Shown here: piece after piece, positions 1-13,254 of the stretch
Layout of the letters: each line of letters begins with the position of its first letter
How positions within the stretch are numbered: position 1 is the stretch's first letter
NCBI GenBank assembly: GCA_965178125.1
Contig: OZ237752.1
Coordinates: forward strand, 62,001 to 126,000
Direction: 5' to 3'
Length of the DNA: 64,000 nt
Origin: Bilabrum cf. latius
Lineage: Eukaryota
Made by a program: the position numbers and the translations under genes
The notes under the pieces: generated by a model
Seen by the model: only the letters and a program-made list of their open reading frames with translations
The model's database searches: none
Told to the model about the DNA's origin: nothing

Positions 1-2
1 AC

Positions 3-3000
3 TGCACCCTGGCGATCGGCAGCAGCACCTCGGCCACTGTGCGGATCGCGCCCCAGAGCATCAAGGGCGACGACGGGGGCGGAGAGGAGCTGACGGGCGT
101 TGACCTGCTGTCCATGGCGGGCGCAGATCTTGTGTTCGGGTTCAACGGCACGGGGTGCGGGGAGGCAGGCGAGGCGTGCGCAGCAGGTGCGCGGGCTTTT
201 GGGGCCAACTGCACGGACATCATGGGTCTCCCTGGTGGTGGCGTTGGCTGCGGCCTCCGTGGGGTGGATCGGCTGCGGGTTGGGTCAGAGCAGGAGTCTG
301 CTCTGATCCGGAGGCGGGGCTCGGGGCCACATCGCGTGCTCGCGTATCTGGATGTGGCTGGAGGAGTGCCGGCGGCCGCGACGGAGCTACGACATCAGAA
401 GATATCAGCCACCCAGGGCGGCTTCACGGGGCAGCTGGATAATGGTGACTACTTCGGCATTTCTGTGGCATCGCTGGGGGACCTGGACGGAGACGGGGTG
501 GTGGATATGGCTGTAGGGGCAGTGAATGACGGTGATGGGGCCTCTGGTAGAGATGCGGCGTGGGTGCTGTTCCTTCGATCCAACGGCACGGTGAAGTCGC
601 ATCAGAAGATATCAGCCACCCAGGGCGGCTTCACGGGGCAGCTGGATGATAATGACAGGTTCGGCTTTTCTGTGGCATCGCTGGGAGACCTGGACGGAGA
701 CGGGGTGGTGGATATGGCTGTAGGGGCAGTGAATGACGATGATGGGGGCAATTATAGAGGGGCTGTGTGGGTGCTGTTCCTTCGATCCAACGGCACGGTG
801 AAGTCGCATCAGAAGATATCAGCCACCCAGGGCGGCTTCACGGGGCAGCTGGATGACTATGACTACTTCGGCTTTTCTGTGGCATCGCTGGGGGACCTGA
901 ACGGAGACGGTGTGGTGGATATGGCTGTAGGGGCAGTGCATGACGATGATGGGGGCAATTATGGAGGGGCTGTGTGGGTGCTGTTCCTTCGATCCAACGG
1001 CACGGTGAAGTCGCATCAGAAGATATCAGCCACCCAGGGCGGCTTCACGGGGTAGCTGGATGATGATGACTGGTTCGGCATTTCTGTGGCATCGCTGGGA
1101 GACCTGGACGGAGACGGTGTGGTGGACATGGCTGTGGGGGCACTGAATGACGATGATGGGGGCTCTAGTACGGGTGCGGCGTGGGTGCTGTTCCTTCGAT
1201 CCAACGGCACGGTGAAGTCGCATCAGAAGATATCAGCCACCCAGGGCGGCTTCACGGGGTAGCTGGATAATGGTGACAACTTCGGCGTTTCTGCGGCATC
1301 GCTGGGAGACCTGAACGGAGACGGGGTGGTGGACATGGCCGTGGGGGCACATCAAGATAATGATGGGGGCTCTGGTAGGGGTGCGGCGTGGGTGCTGTTC
1401 CTTCGATCCAACGGCACGGTGAAGTCGCATCAGAAGATATCAGCCACCCAGGGCGGCTTCACGGGGCAGCTGGATGACTATGACTACTTCGGCTTTTCTG
1501 TGGCATCGCTGGGAGACCTGGACGGAGACGGTGTGGTGGATATGGCCGTGGTAGCACATCAAGATAATGATGGGGGCTCTGGTAGGGGTGCGGTGTGGGT
1601 TCTTTTTATGAACAACAGCCATGTGGCCCGAGCTCAATACCCCTAGATCTCACAGCCGTTGCCACCCAGCCAAGCGCATGCCATAGAAGGCTCGGCAACC
1701 AGACTGCAGGGAGGTGCTTGCTCTTTGGAGTCCTCGATTGGAGCCGTAGGTGGCAGTAATTCTCATGTGATCGTGCTGGAAGCCTCATGTGACTCGATGG
1801 CATCTGGCGGGGCTGGCATGCAAGACGCAAGCCAGGTGCACCACTCGTGGCTCTCTCGAGGAGGGTATCGCGTAAGGATGGGTGTCGGGTACGGATCTAG
1901 CGCGCCGACCCTATCTGAGCCTGGCACCTCCCCGGATGCAGTCCTGCTGCAGGGGAGCGCAGTGTGCTCCCTTGGGGACTCGAGGCAGGGCGATGGCAGT
2001 CTGGCGCTGCTGGTGGGCGATGCATTCTCCGGGCGCGTGGGAGTGGCCACGGTCGCGGCATCTAGACCGGTGATCGGAGGATCCAAGCCGCCGCTGCAAC
2101 TGCTCCGCAATGACACGGTGCACGAGGGCCCACCATCCACAGGGGCAGCGGTTGCCTGCATGGGTCGAGCGCTCCTGGGCGGCACGTGGCTGCACGACCA
2201 CGTGGTGGCTGCGGGCGCTCCTCTAGAGGACGAGGTGAGGCTGCTGTCGCTGAGCAGAGAGGGACAGGCGTGGTCGGGGCGGGTGCTTGCCACTTTGGCA
2301 TCTCCGACTGGGAGCATGGGCGACAGCTTCGGGGCGGCGGTGGAGTTCCTGGGGCCTCTGCGGCTGGAGGGACAGGAGCCGGATGTGTCCGCTGGGGAGG
2401 TAGGGGGCGAGGTGTCGCTGCTGGTGGGAGCGCCGGACTGGACTGACGGGTCATCCGGTGCGGGGCGCTTCGGTGCCGTGGTAGTGATGCACCTGACCGT
2501 GATAGGGGACACAGGAGCGCCGGACCGGCTCTCATTCACAGTGGCAGGGCACCATCTCGTGTCTCCAGCGCTGATGCCCCTGCGACTGGACGGCCGCTGG
2601 CCCCTTCTGTTTGAAGACTCGGCCTTTGGAGCCGCTGTGGAGCTGCTCGGATTTGGAGATGACGGAACAGTGGTCTTCTACGCCGGGGCACCAGGGTACA
2701 ATGACTCAGCGGGGGCAGTTGCGAGGGTGCAAGTGGACCTATACGCGCGGCTGGGTCCGATGGGGAATGCATCCGCCATCGTGGAGCGGTTGCACGCAGC
2801 TGATTCACTGCACGGGCAGGAGCCTGGGTCGCCTCCGCCCGCTGGCGTGGGGCCCTCGTGCCGCCTGGGCACGGCGCTAGAGACCACGGTTGGGATGCAG
2901 AGCGACCTGGCCACGCAGCAGGTGCACCTGCTGGCCACTGCCCCTGGCTGTAGCGGGCGCAGTCTAGTGCGCATGGAGGCGCCCACGGCCAATCTGAGCT

Positions 3001-6000
3001 TCACACCACCCTGGATGCGGCTGGTGGACCAGCGACGCGCGCGTGCACTGGACTGCGGAGGCACTGCCGGCATGTGTGCCGCCCTCAATGCCACCCTGGT
3101 TGCGAGCTCAGGTGGCGGCGGCTGGCCACCTCTTGACCCCGCCAGCGCGGCAGCTCTCGGGGTCGCTCCTGACACAGACGCCGCGATTGCCGGGGCCAAT
3201 CTCACGTGGGGCGGAGACGCCATCATGCGACACTTGGCGCAGGCAGGCTGCTTGCTGACAGAGGGACTGCTCGGGGGCCAGGCGCCGGGGGCTGGCCAAG
3301 GGGGGCTGCCTCAAGAGGACATCGCCTGGGTGGGTCCCGCAGCCCAGTGCAGTGCGGTGCATGCAAGCCGTGCCAACGATGCGATCGCTGTGGTGCTTCG
3401 GCGACCCATGTATTTGCCTCGACCGTCGGAGTTGGGCAGGGCACAGGAAGCAGCCCACGTCTGGGTGGGCGGTGTCCCCTGCGCCACCGCCAGCCTGCAC
3501 GCCGGCAGCGGCGTCACCATCGTGCAGTGCAATCCAGCGCGGGCGCTTCTGCCTGGACTGGCCGCGGTCGTGATTCGGTATTCAGATGGGCGGTGGTCAA
3601 CGGATGACGGGCAGGAGGGCGCCGCTCTGGTCCAGAGAGAGGAAAGGAGCTCAGGATAGGATCCGTGCGAGAGGAGGATCCAGCTGGCGGCGAATCGGGA
3701 CATGCAAGCTGCACCAGGTACCGCCAATGCCAGTGCCAGCGCCTTGCCGTGCCTGGCTGTGGGCGTGCTGGGTCCGCTGAGGCTGCTGCGGTCGGGTGGC
3801 TGGGGGCCGCAGGTGGGGGCGGGGGATGTGCTAGCTGCTGCTCCCGTGGGCGACGGCTGGGGTGCAGGCGGGGGCTGGGGTACGGCACTGGGAGGGTCTG
3901 GTACTCTGATGACGGAACACTCCGACGACTTGTATCCGTGGACAAGCCTGGCGAACGCATCTGTGACTAGCAGTCGGCAGATCGTACGTGCTCGTGTGGG
4001 CCCCTTTGGGTGTGATGCCGCCGGGCGCTCTGGGTTGGCAGCTGTGGGAAGCACCGCATCCACGACCCTGCGGTGCAACTTGGGCTCTGACGGGTCGGGG
4101 GGTCCGTTTGCGATGACAGCGTCGCTCCCGGGCTTGGACTGGCTGGAGACAGCTCGAATCGCGGTGGAGGATGAGACGGCCGCTGCCCCTTCAGAAGCGG
4201 CCGCCATGCGGGCTGCCTGGGTCTCGATGCCGGATCCTACGGTGCAGTCGGTGAGTCCAGCGACCGTGCGCATCACCACGATGCTTGAGATGTACCTGGA
4301 TCCTTCGAAAAGACTCGAAGTGATGGTACGAGGTACTGGGCTTGTGACGAGTGGAGGGGAGCTGGCTGTGGGGGCAGTGTTGCTCGGTGGCCAAAGATGC
4401 GACCCTCTGGAGGTTGTGTCTGCCACGGAATTGCGGTGCGTGGTGCGGGCGCACTTCATCATGTCTGATACAGTCAGTGTGGTATCGCTTGGCAGCTCAT
4501 TGGTGAACGCCGCAAATGAGACCGACGACGGGACCCGAGGCGCTGCCCTCTCATCCGAATGGAAGTGGATCAGGAACGAAACGTTGCATCCCGTCGGCGA
4601 TATTGGCTGGTCCTCGTTGTCTTCTCAAGCCCCCCCTTGCCCCCAATCAACAATGGTCAATCAGCTCCTAGTCGTGGAGGACCCCACCGTGCTGGGGGCC
4701 AGTCCATCACTGGTGAGTCCCAGCGGTGGGGAGAGCGTGCAGCTGCTGGGGGTGCAGCTTGGGGCGGACGAGGGGCGCTACATCGAGTCCGTGGATGTGG
4801 ACGGCTCGTCATGCACCAATGTGACGGTCGAGTCCGACTTTGTGATCCGCTGCACGTTGTCGCCCAGCGAGGGCGGGGCGGGCGTGGTGCGCGTGCGGAC
4901 AGTGTGGGGCCGCGACTATGTGAGCGCGGCTGGTGTGCTGCGATTTACCGCTCCAGAGATGGACCTAGTGGTCACGTCGCCACAAACCGTCTTCAACGTG
5001 CTGAACTCGTCGTACGAGGTGATCGTCACGGGCCGCCACTTTGGGATCCCGCGGGAGGGAGGCAGCGGCTCAACGGCTCGCGTGCTGGTGTCGGGTCGTG
5101 AGTGCCCGAGCGTGAGGGTGATCAACGACTCGGCCATTCGATGCAGCGGCCTGTCTCCGCCGTGGACACCTAGCGACTACAGTGTGAGGGTGATCATAGG
5201 GAGTCGAGAGGCCGTGGACCTGACTGCCTTCCCCTTCCAGCCGCCGGTACGGGTGACCTCGGTGACGCCGGCCGTCGTTCCCGGGGAGGGAGGCTGGATT
5301 AACGTACACGGTGAGGGGCTGGGCTAGTCCCCGCAGGACATTGCATCAGTCACCATGGGACCGTCTGCGTGTTATAATGTCGAGATGCGCGAGCCGGGAG
5401 TGCGCATTGGCTGCCTGCTGGCCCCTGGTGTGGGCATTGGACACGCGGTGCGGGTGGTGTCAGCCCAGAACGGCGAGAACCTTGAGACAGGGGCACCCAC
5501 GGTGGGGTATGCCGCGCCGCTGATCCAGTCGGTTGCCGTTGTGGGTGGCAGCATTGATACAAGCTACCCCCGCGCCGTCGCCTACACTGAGGAGCAAGAC
5601 ATTCGGCTGGAGCTATCCGTGAAGCACGCCGGCTGGAGCCTGACGCAATGGAAAGCATTGAGCTCGGACGGCCTCGGGGTAGTGCTGCTGGAGGGCCCGG
5701 GATGGAACACCAGCTGCAAAGAGGTGGCAATTGAGGGCACGTCTCCGGCCCTGGGGGATCCATCGGTGGACATGTTGGTCCGCGTGCGATGCTCGGTGCA
5801 GGACTGGCGCACCGCTGGATTGGCCATGGAGCTGGCTGGCACAAGCCAACAGCTGGTGGACGCGCGGTTGCGGGTAGGAGGGCAAGATGCCACAGGAGGG
5901 CTTGATGAGGCAGCCGCTTCGGAGCTGCTGACGGCTTCCGTGGCACCAGGCGGCAGCTTGTTGCTGGTGGGACGGCCGCGCCTGCAGGTGCTGAGTCCCA

Positions 6001-9000
6001 GGACGTTCCCATCGAATGGGACCGCCGACGCTGTGACTAGCGGGTCGGCGTTGAGGGTGCAGGCAGCGCGCGGAGATGGAGAGTCTCCGTCGGTGCAGCT
6101 GGCCGCCCTGCTGCAGCTGGCGGGGTCTGACGACTGGGAGTAGCGGGGGCCAAACAGCCCGCGAGTGTCTGTGGTGCTGTCCGCAACGGATGCAGTTGTC
6201 GTGGCTCCGACCCTGGTGGGCGCGGGTGCAGCTGCGGGGCTGATGCAGATCCGGGGCTCAGGTCTGGGGGCGGGTCCATGGGCCATCCGTGGAGTGACAG
6301 TCGGGGGCTAGACGTCCAGGGTGGTTGTGTGGGTGTCGGACGAGGAGCTGCTGGCGTACTGCGAGCCTGGAGTGGGCGTGGATGTTGCGGTGGTGGTCGA
6401 CACACTGAGCGGCAACTCATCCAAAGCGGCGGGGGCTGGGTCGGGTAGCACCGGGTTGCCATCGGCATCTCAGCACGTTGTGAGCTACGCGGCACCCAGT
6501 GTGGAGGATGTGCTGCCTGCGTACAGCATCATGGGGCCGGATGTCTCGGCCGACTTCACCATCCATGGACTCCACTTCGGCTTCCGACAGACCGACGTGG
6601 AGGCGGTGTTCGTGGGCGGCCAGCCATGCGGGAGCATTCGGTGGAGGTCCAGCACGCGCATCGATTGTGTGGACGTGTAGGGTTCCAGCTGGCCTGCGGG
6701 CAGTCTGGTGGAGGTGCAGGTGGCTAGCCAGACGAGTCCTCGCAACCGCCTCTTCTCGCCCCTGGGAGTGCCCATCGTGACCTCGGTGACACCCGACAGC
6801 GCCTTGGGGGGCGAACGGCTTGTGATCGCCGGGACGAGCCTGGGCCGAAGCAGCGCGGATATATCTCGTGTAAGCCTGGGTCCACACGAGTGCCTCGACG
6901 TAGTCGTACGCGGAGAGACGTCGTTGGAGTGCGTGGTGCCATCGCTGTCGGGCGGTAGCCTCGTGGATCTCCCCGTGGTGGTGTATCAGAGCGGCGGGCT
7001 CTCCAGCGACGAGTCGAGTGCTCCGCGATTCACGTACGGTGTCACGGGAAGTCCCTGGCCGGACATCCCGCAGCATGTGCAAGCATGGCGAGAGCGCAAT
7101 GACCGCATCACGGTCCGCTGGGCATTCCCCGACCCTGCCGCGGTCTCGGTGAACGACCTTGGCCTGGAGCCGCTGGACGGCTTCTAGATCGACATGAGGA
7201 CGATTTCGGAGGTGGCAATAGACGGCGATGGGACCAACACGAGTGTCTCCACGGCCTCAACCGAGTCCACTGCATTCGATGTGGACCTGGAAGAGCTGAC
7301 TGCGCAGTGGAGCTCCTCCGGCAGGGTTGCTGTCATGCAGGCCGTAGTCACGGCAATCGATGCGCGACCATTGAGTGTGCGGGTGCGGGCACGCAGCGCC
7401 GCCGGGCCCAGTCCGTACTCGGCGTGGACGCCCGGCATCCCTTCGTCATGCTCGCCGTCGGAGTTCCTCACGACTCATCTGCCGATGGCCGAGTGGGTGT
7501 GCCGCCCCTGCGACCTGGAGGCCTCGCTGTGCGATGGGGGCTCCACGTTCACAGTGGCGGCACGGGCGGGCTACCAGCGACTACCGTGGGTGCCTGGCCG
7601 CGCGGCATTCTCGCGGTGCCTTCGTCCTGAGTCGTGCCTGTCTCTGGCAAGATTTGATACCGCTTAGGCTGGTGGGTCTCTCGTGGAGGGCACCTCGGAT
7701 GCGTCCGTGTCTAAGTCACATTTGGCATCGCAGAGACGGCTCCAGCCAAGCCAGTAGGTGTCGTCGTCTGATGTGACACTATGGTCGCTATATGAAACCA
7801 ATACCCCCCTGCAGGCCGTGTCGCTGCAGCGCGCTCGTGCAATACGCAAGTCAGCATCGAACGCGTCGGCAGCGCAGGCAGCCAGGATAAGTGAGCTGAT
7901 CGATGCAGGAGCCCCCCTGTGGGTGGGCGAGCGCTGCGAGGAGGGATACACGGGGCTGCTGTGCGCGCGGTGCCGGCCGGGGTACACGCCATGGGGGCAG
8001 TACGAGTGCAGGCAGTGCCGGGGTGGGCTGGCCGTGTTTACGATCGCTGTGCTGGTGACTGCAGCCCTGGTGCTTGTGTCCATCGGCCTTGTGCTCAATG
8101 CGCTGAGGCAAGGAGCGCAGGCGGCGGAGAAGCTGTAGACACAGCTGAGGAGCGGGGCGGCTGGACGGAGCAGGCCTGGATCCAATCGGGATCGCCCAAT
8201 AAGTATGACTGGTGCGTCATCTGAGCCGGGGGCCAGCGGTGGTTCCTTCGTGGTCATGGATAACCCCATTATGCAGAGTTTGTCCACAAGAATGGATAAT
8301 TCCCCAACACAGGATAGGTCCAGTCGAGTGCACTCGGCCATGGCAATGGCATCTGGAAATGGATCATCCACGAATGACGAGGCCTCGCTCCCAGCAGATG
8401 TGCAGGATGGCAAAATTAAGGAGCGCCGGAACCTGACTGTATCGGCCATCAAGATCCTATTCTCACACATTCAGGTTGTGTCCATTGCAGCGTCCTTCAA
8501 GCTCAAGTGGCCCGACACCGCGATCCGTCTCTTCAACAGCATGTCGGTTGTCTCCAGCGTCAGCTCGGACGTGCTCAGCCTCGACTGCATGCTGCAGCAG
8601 GCCACAGACGATGCAGAGGCCCTGGCGCAAGCAGCCAACGTGTCGGTGGACGACGCGGGGGCAGCGGAATGGGGAGCAATTGCGGCACAGGCGGCGGCAT
8701 CTGGGCAAAATATCGCCACGGTCACGCCGCTGGACTGGCCGCACGCCCAGGAGACAGACGAGCAGCTGCTAGCCGACTCGCTCGGCGTTCATGAGGCCGT
8801 GACGCTGGGTGTGGGGGGCGCGTCCTCGGGTCTGGCGTCGCTGATGCCTCACGGGTCTGCGTACTTCCTGCGGACGATGATCGTGCTGCTCAGTCCGTTG
8901 GTGATTGCTATGGGCCTGACAGTCTTTTGGCTGCTTGTAGATGCGATCGATGGCTGTCTGTACGAACCAGAGCACCCGGGCGAGGGCAGTGGCGAGCAGA

Positions 9001-10523
9001 AGGAAGGAGGGGAGTCGCAGGCGGATGTGCGAGAAGGGCCGGGTCAGTCTAGAGGGGAGTAGTAGGAGCCAAGGAAGCTCGCATGGGATGCAGTGCATGC
9101 GGGGGAACAACAGAGTCCGGTGCTAGCGCATCTGGAGGCGAGCCTGGCACGCGCTGCTGGCTTGGAGCAGCCGGCCTCTGCCAAAGCCGCTGCCTCCGTA
9201 CCCTTCACCGACGAGCCAAAACAAGGCCGTCGCCGGCGGTAGAGCCTGTTCGTGTCTATGGTCAGCAAGCCTCCTCTCAGTGAAGCGCCTGGAGTCGAAG
9301 GTGCGGGTACACGTGCTGATGGCAGTGCGCTACCGGAGCAGACGGAGCTCGAGACGTTCTGTCTTGCCGGCAGCTCTCGCACCGGCAGCATCCTGCAGGC
9401 CGTGGGTGTGCCGCTGTCAGTTGTGCGCCTCGGCCTAGGGATGCGCATCCTCTCCGGTCTGATCGTCATTGGGTTCCTGGTGCACCTGACGCTGACAGAG
9501 GCCTCCTTCGGGCTGTTGACCTGCACCGACATCGAGCCTGACCTGGACCTGGCAGCCGAGGACCAGCTGGATGCAGCCGAGGACAGGTCTGGCCGCCAGC
9601 TGAGTCCCAGCGGGTCGGACGAGTGTCCGGCGGGCACGGAGAGTAGGCGGCTCATGCTGGACATGGATGTGTGCTGCCACAACCCCGCGGCTTTAAGGCT
9701 CATGTTCGGGGTTGGCATACCTGCCATCCTGCTGCTGGCCGTAGGCATCCCGCTGGCAGCGGGAGTGCGGCTGTGGCAGGTCCGCGAGTAGCTCGCGACT
9801 CCGGGCGTGCTGGCCACCCTAGGCTTCCTGATGGCGGGGTTCCGCCGCGATGCATACTACTGGGAAGTGGTTATCATGCTGAGGAAGCTGGCTGTGGTGG
9901 CCATCACGGTGCTGGCGGAGCCGTGGGGGGTGCGCGTGCAGACGTACTCGGCATTAGGTGTCATCTTTGCGGCCAGCTTGGTGCATTCCCTCAGTCAGCC
10001 GTATGTGGCCCCGGAGCTCAACACGCTGGAGCTGGTGGCACTGGTGGGCGCCTTCCTGACCTTCGAGGCCGGCCTCTTCCTGCACGACCCCAACTCGGGG
10101 GCAGCGACCATCACGGTGGCAACGTCAGTCGTATTTGTGGCGAACCTCGCTGTAATGATGTGGGGCATCTATGCCATACGAGGCAACTTGTTTAAGCGAG
10201 TGAAGGAGGTTGCCGCGAGGGTATTCAATATGTGTGGATGTGGGCAGGACCGGCAGGAGTAGGTGCAGACGAACTCCGAGAGCATGGAGAAGCGGCGGCG
10301 AGCGAAGCTGTCCAGGTCGGGGCCTGCAGGCGCGGGTGCGGGTGGAAGGGGCACGAGTGGTCCTACTTGTGCATCCGTCGATGTTGGAATGGGAGGCGGG
10401 GCACAGCAGAGCGGCCTCGCTGGCGAGCCAAAGGGTTTTGGAGGTGACTTGGGTGGCGATGCTGGGTGGAAGCGGATGCCGAGTGGCAATCACGCGGCAT
10501 AGGACGCCGCTGAGGAAACCTGA
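3..10523 (+). CDS. Very large surface/membrane protein (5'-truncated, >3500 aa with TAG=Gln): FG-GAP/integrin-alpha propeller repeats, several IPT/TIG domains, FN3-like and Cys-rich segments, C-terminal multi-pass TM domain
   Basis: ORF-track fragments 39..1055 through 10263..10502 share one frame and are separated only by TAG (18: 1053,1260,1644,3657,5325,6141,6309,6678,7185,7665,7755,8136,9060,9063,9240,9789,10260,10500). First TGA is 10521-10523. Motifs: GDLDGDGVVDMAVGA, VTSVTP/V.VGG..C, CEEGYTGLLCARCRPGY, SLDC, LGFLMAGFRRDAYYWEVVIMLRK. Confidence 0.88.
385..1610 (+). repeat. Six near-identical 207-bp (69-aa) coding tandem repeats of an FG-GAP/integrin-alpha propeller blade
   Basis: CATCAGAAGATATCAGCCACCCAGGGCGGCTTCACGGGG[C/T]AGCTGGAT recurs with period 207; the variable codon lies at 432, 639, 846, 1053, 1260 and 1467. 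Confidence 0.95.
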
Positions 10524-10774
10524 CGGCCTCAACTCGATCGCAGAAGGGGGGGGCCTGGCGGACCTGCGGCCGGACATGGTCGTGCAGCTGAGGCGTAGGC
10601 CAGAACAGCTGCCCCAGGACGGGCGACTACAATGGTTGCGCGTAGAATTTTGTACTGTAATTCACTTTTCGTAATTCGCAGCTAGATCTAGGCGCTTCTG
10701 CGCGGCACTCGCAGCTGCGGAACCAGAAAAAGATCTCATAATTTTCTCACAGATATTTGTGTACCACGTGCGGG

Positions 10775-13072
10775 ATGCGCTCCTTGGTTGCAGGCATCTG
10801 CATTGGTGTACTAATTGTCATCTCACCCGCCCATAGCTCCAAGATTCCAGTGTCGGCTGCCGTGGTAACGGATGCTTTCGGCATAGACTCTCTCGACCAA
10901 CCGGCAACCGCCCTCTTCGACGAGCAGTCCCTGGCTGGCGACCCGTTGCATGGCGCCGGGGGCAAGTGTAATACGTCTTGGAATCCTGGGTGGCAGAAGG
11001 ATTGGTACAAATACCCAACGCGGCCGCTGGCGATAGTCGACCTCGGGTAGGTTTGGCAGCTTTCGAACCTTTGCATGCAGCATACGTGGGGAAAACCCAT
11101 CCTGAACATCAGCTTGAGCAACGCCCCTGTGCCTAGTATCTCTGAGAGGGTGCAGTGGTTCCAGGTTGAGACCGGCCAGCCTGGGTTCCCCGTCGGCGAC
11201 CACAGGTGGGGCTGCGCGAACGCGACCTCCGGAGGCGGGATGCCCGCGGACCTCAGCGGGCGCTGGCTTCGTGTGGGTCTACCAACAACGACTGGCAGTG
11301 CGGTACTAGAGCTGGTCCTGTACGGGTCGCGCTCTTCGGAGGCTGCCCCAGCGATCTCGTCGTCCTCCACGCCGGCCCTCGGCCTCGCGCTGCCTCAGGC
11401 TGGGCCACCCCCACCGGCAGGCGGCTCGGAGGAGGCTGCAGCCTTTCCCCCCGTGGCCCTGTCCCAGCTGCTGGGAGTGAACGTCGTGGGCGCGGTCTCC
11501 TCGGTCGCCAATCTCTCCCTGCTGGCCCCCTACGGCGCCCCCGTGCGCATCTACTCGGACTGGGACTGGACCGAGCACGTGCAGGGGCAGTCCGCTTTCG
11601 AGCCCACCGCGGACACGGGCTTCATGTATGACGACTATCTTGCCGCGCTGGGGCCAGGGAACAACACTAACAAGGAGATGGCGGCGGGCCTGGGCCTGAA
11701 ACCGCACGTGGTGGTGCAGGGCACTGCAGGCTTCGTGCACGGAGGCAACAAGACCGAGGCCAAGTGGAAGGCCATGAACGCCTCGCTGTTCCCTGTGCCG
11801 GGGGCCTCCCAGGACCCCGCCAGCTACAAGGAACTGGCAGGGCACATGTTCCAGTGGGCCGCGCGGTACGGCTCCAACGCCCAGGTGGACAGGAGCCTGC
11901 TGCGGCTGGCACCGGGGCAGCCCCCTCTTGTCGGCTCCGGTCTTCAGCCATGGCTGGAGGTGCTCAACGAGCCGGACGGTTGGTGGGAGGGTCGCGAGGC
12001 GTACTACACCCCTCTTGAGTACGCTGCGGCTCTCTCGGCGTCCTACGACGGGCACGAGGGCCGGCTGGGCCCTGGGATGGGCATCAAGGCAGCTGACAGC
12101 GGGCTCAAGGTGGCGCAGGGGGGGCAAGCACAGCTGCCCGGCAACGGGACAGAGCTGCAGGCCCTGGAGGCGGCTTATCTCTGGGCGCAGGTGCATCGCA
12201 CTGACAAGAAGTTCCCAGCAGACGGCATCAACATGCACCACTACAGCACCAACACCACCAACGGATGGGACGGGCAGGGCATCCCCCCGGAGCAGGACGG
12301 GCTGCTGGCCCTGGCCCAATCCTTCGGGCAGTGGAGGGACAAGAGGGCCCCGCATGCGGAGCTATGGTGGTCAGAATACGGGTACGACACCAACGGGGGC
12401 CCACAGACCGCGCCCTCCCTGGGCCCCTTGTCCCGGGAGGAGGTGCAGGGGGCGTGGCTGGTGCGGACCGCCCTGGTGCTGGGAGCCTCGGGAGCCGTGC
12501 AGCGGGGGCACATGTACATGCTGGCGGATGTGAGCTCGCAGGGACATGGCAAGTACGCGACCTCCGGTCTGCTGACGGACAAGGCCAGCTTCTTCCAGCG
12601 CAAGGCGGGGTGGTACTACGTGAGCGCCTTCCACTGGTGGGTGGGTCACCTGGCCGTGGTGCAGCCGCAGCAGGGGGGAGGGCGAGAGGGGGGGCTGGTG
12701 CAGCAAGGGCAGGTCACGGTGGCGGTGCTGGCGCCCGCTGCCGGGCAGGGCGCGCGCCCAGGAAAGAAGAACGCGGGGGCAGGCTGTGCCGAGGGTTGGG
12801 TTGGCGCCCCCTGCGGCGGGGGCGGGGGCTCTGCTCCTCCCCCCCCCTCGGTGAGCGGAGGTCTGGCGGCGTGGCTGCCGACTGGGAGCGGAGCGAAGGC
12901 GCCCGGGTCCACCCTCTCGCTGCCCAAGGGAGCCCCGGGGGAGGGCTCCAGCGTCAAGGTGGTGCGGCTGCAGACGGGCCAGCCCCAGGGCGTGGTGACG
13001 AGTGCGACGGTGGGCAAGGGCGGCAGCGTGGAGCTGGACGTGGACGAGACCCCCCTGTTCGTGCTGTGGTGA
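10775..13072 (+). CDS. Secreted glycoside hydrolase-like protein (clan GH-A-type TIM barrel) with N-terminal F5/8C (discoidin/CBM32-like) module, ~765 aa
   Basis: ATG 10775 with signal peptide MRSLVAGICIGVLIVISPAHS. One in-frame TAG (11048) in 'IVDLG[Q]VWQLS'. Catalytic-like EVLNEPD and WWSEYGYD motifs. Ends TGA; no intron needed. Confidence 0.75.
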
Positions 13073-13254
13073 GCACCCGTCTGGTGTATTCACTGCTGAG
13101 AACGAGCTATTGCTGCTTGCTGCTGCGTTGCTGTCATGCTGTGCCGGTTGTTGAAACTGTGCATGGCTTGCAGTGCTGGCTACACTACGGAAACATTCGT
13201 TATCTTTGCAGAACACAAGCGCTCTCGAACGCGGCATCGCCGAGCCAAAGTACC

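Noticed and set aside
405-1637. Six repeated 65-aa minus-strand ORFs
   Set aside because: These are antisense shadows of the 207-bp FG-GAP coding repeats.
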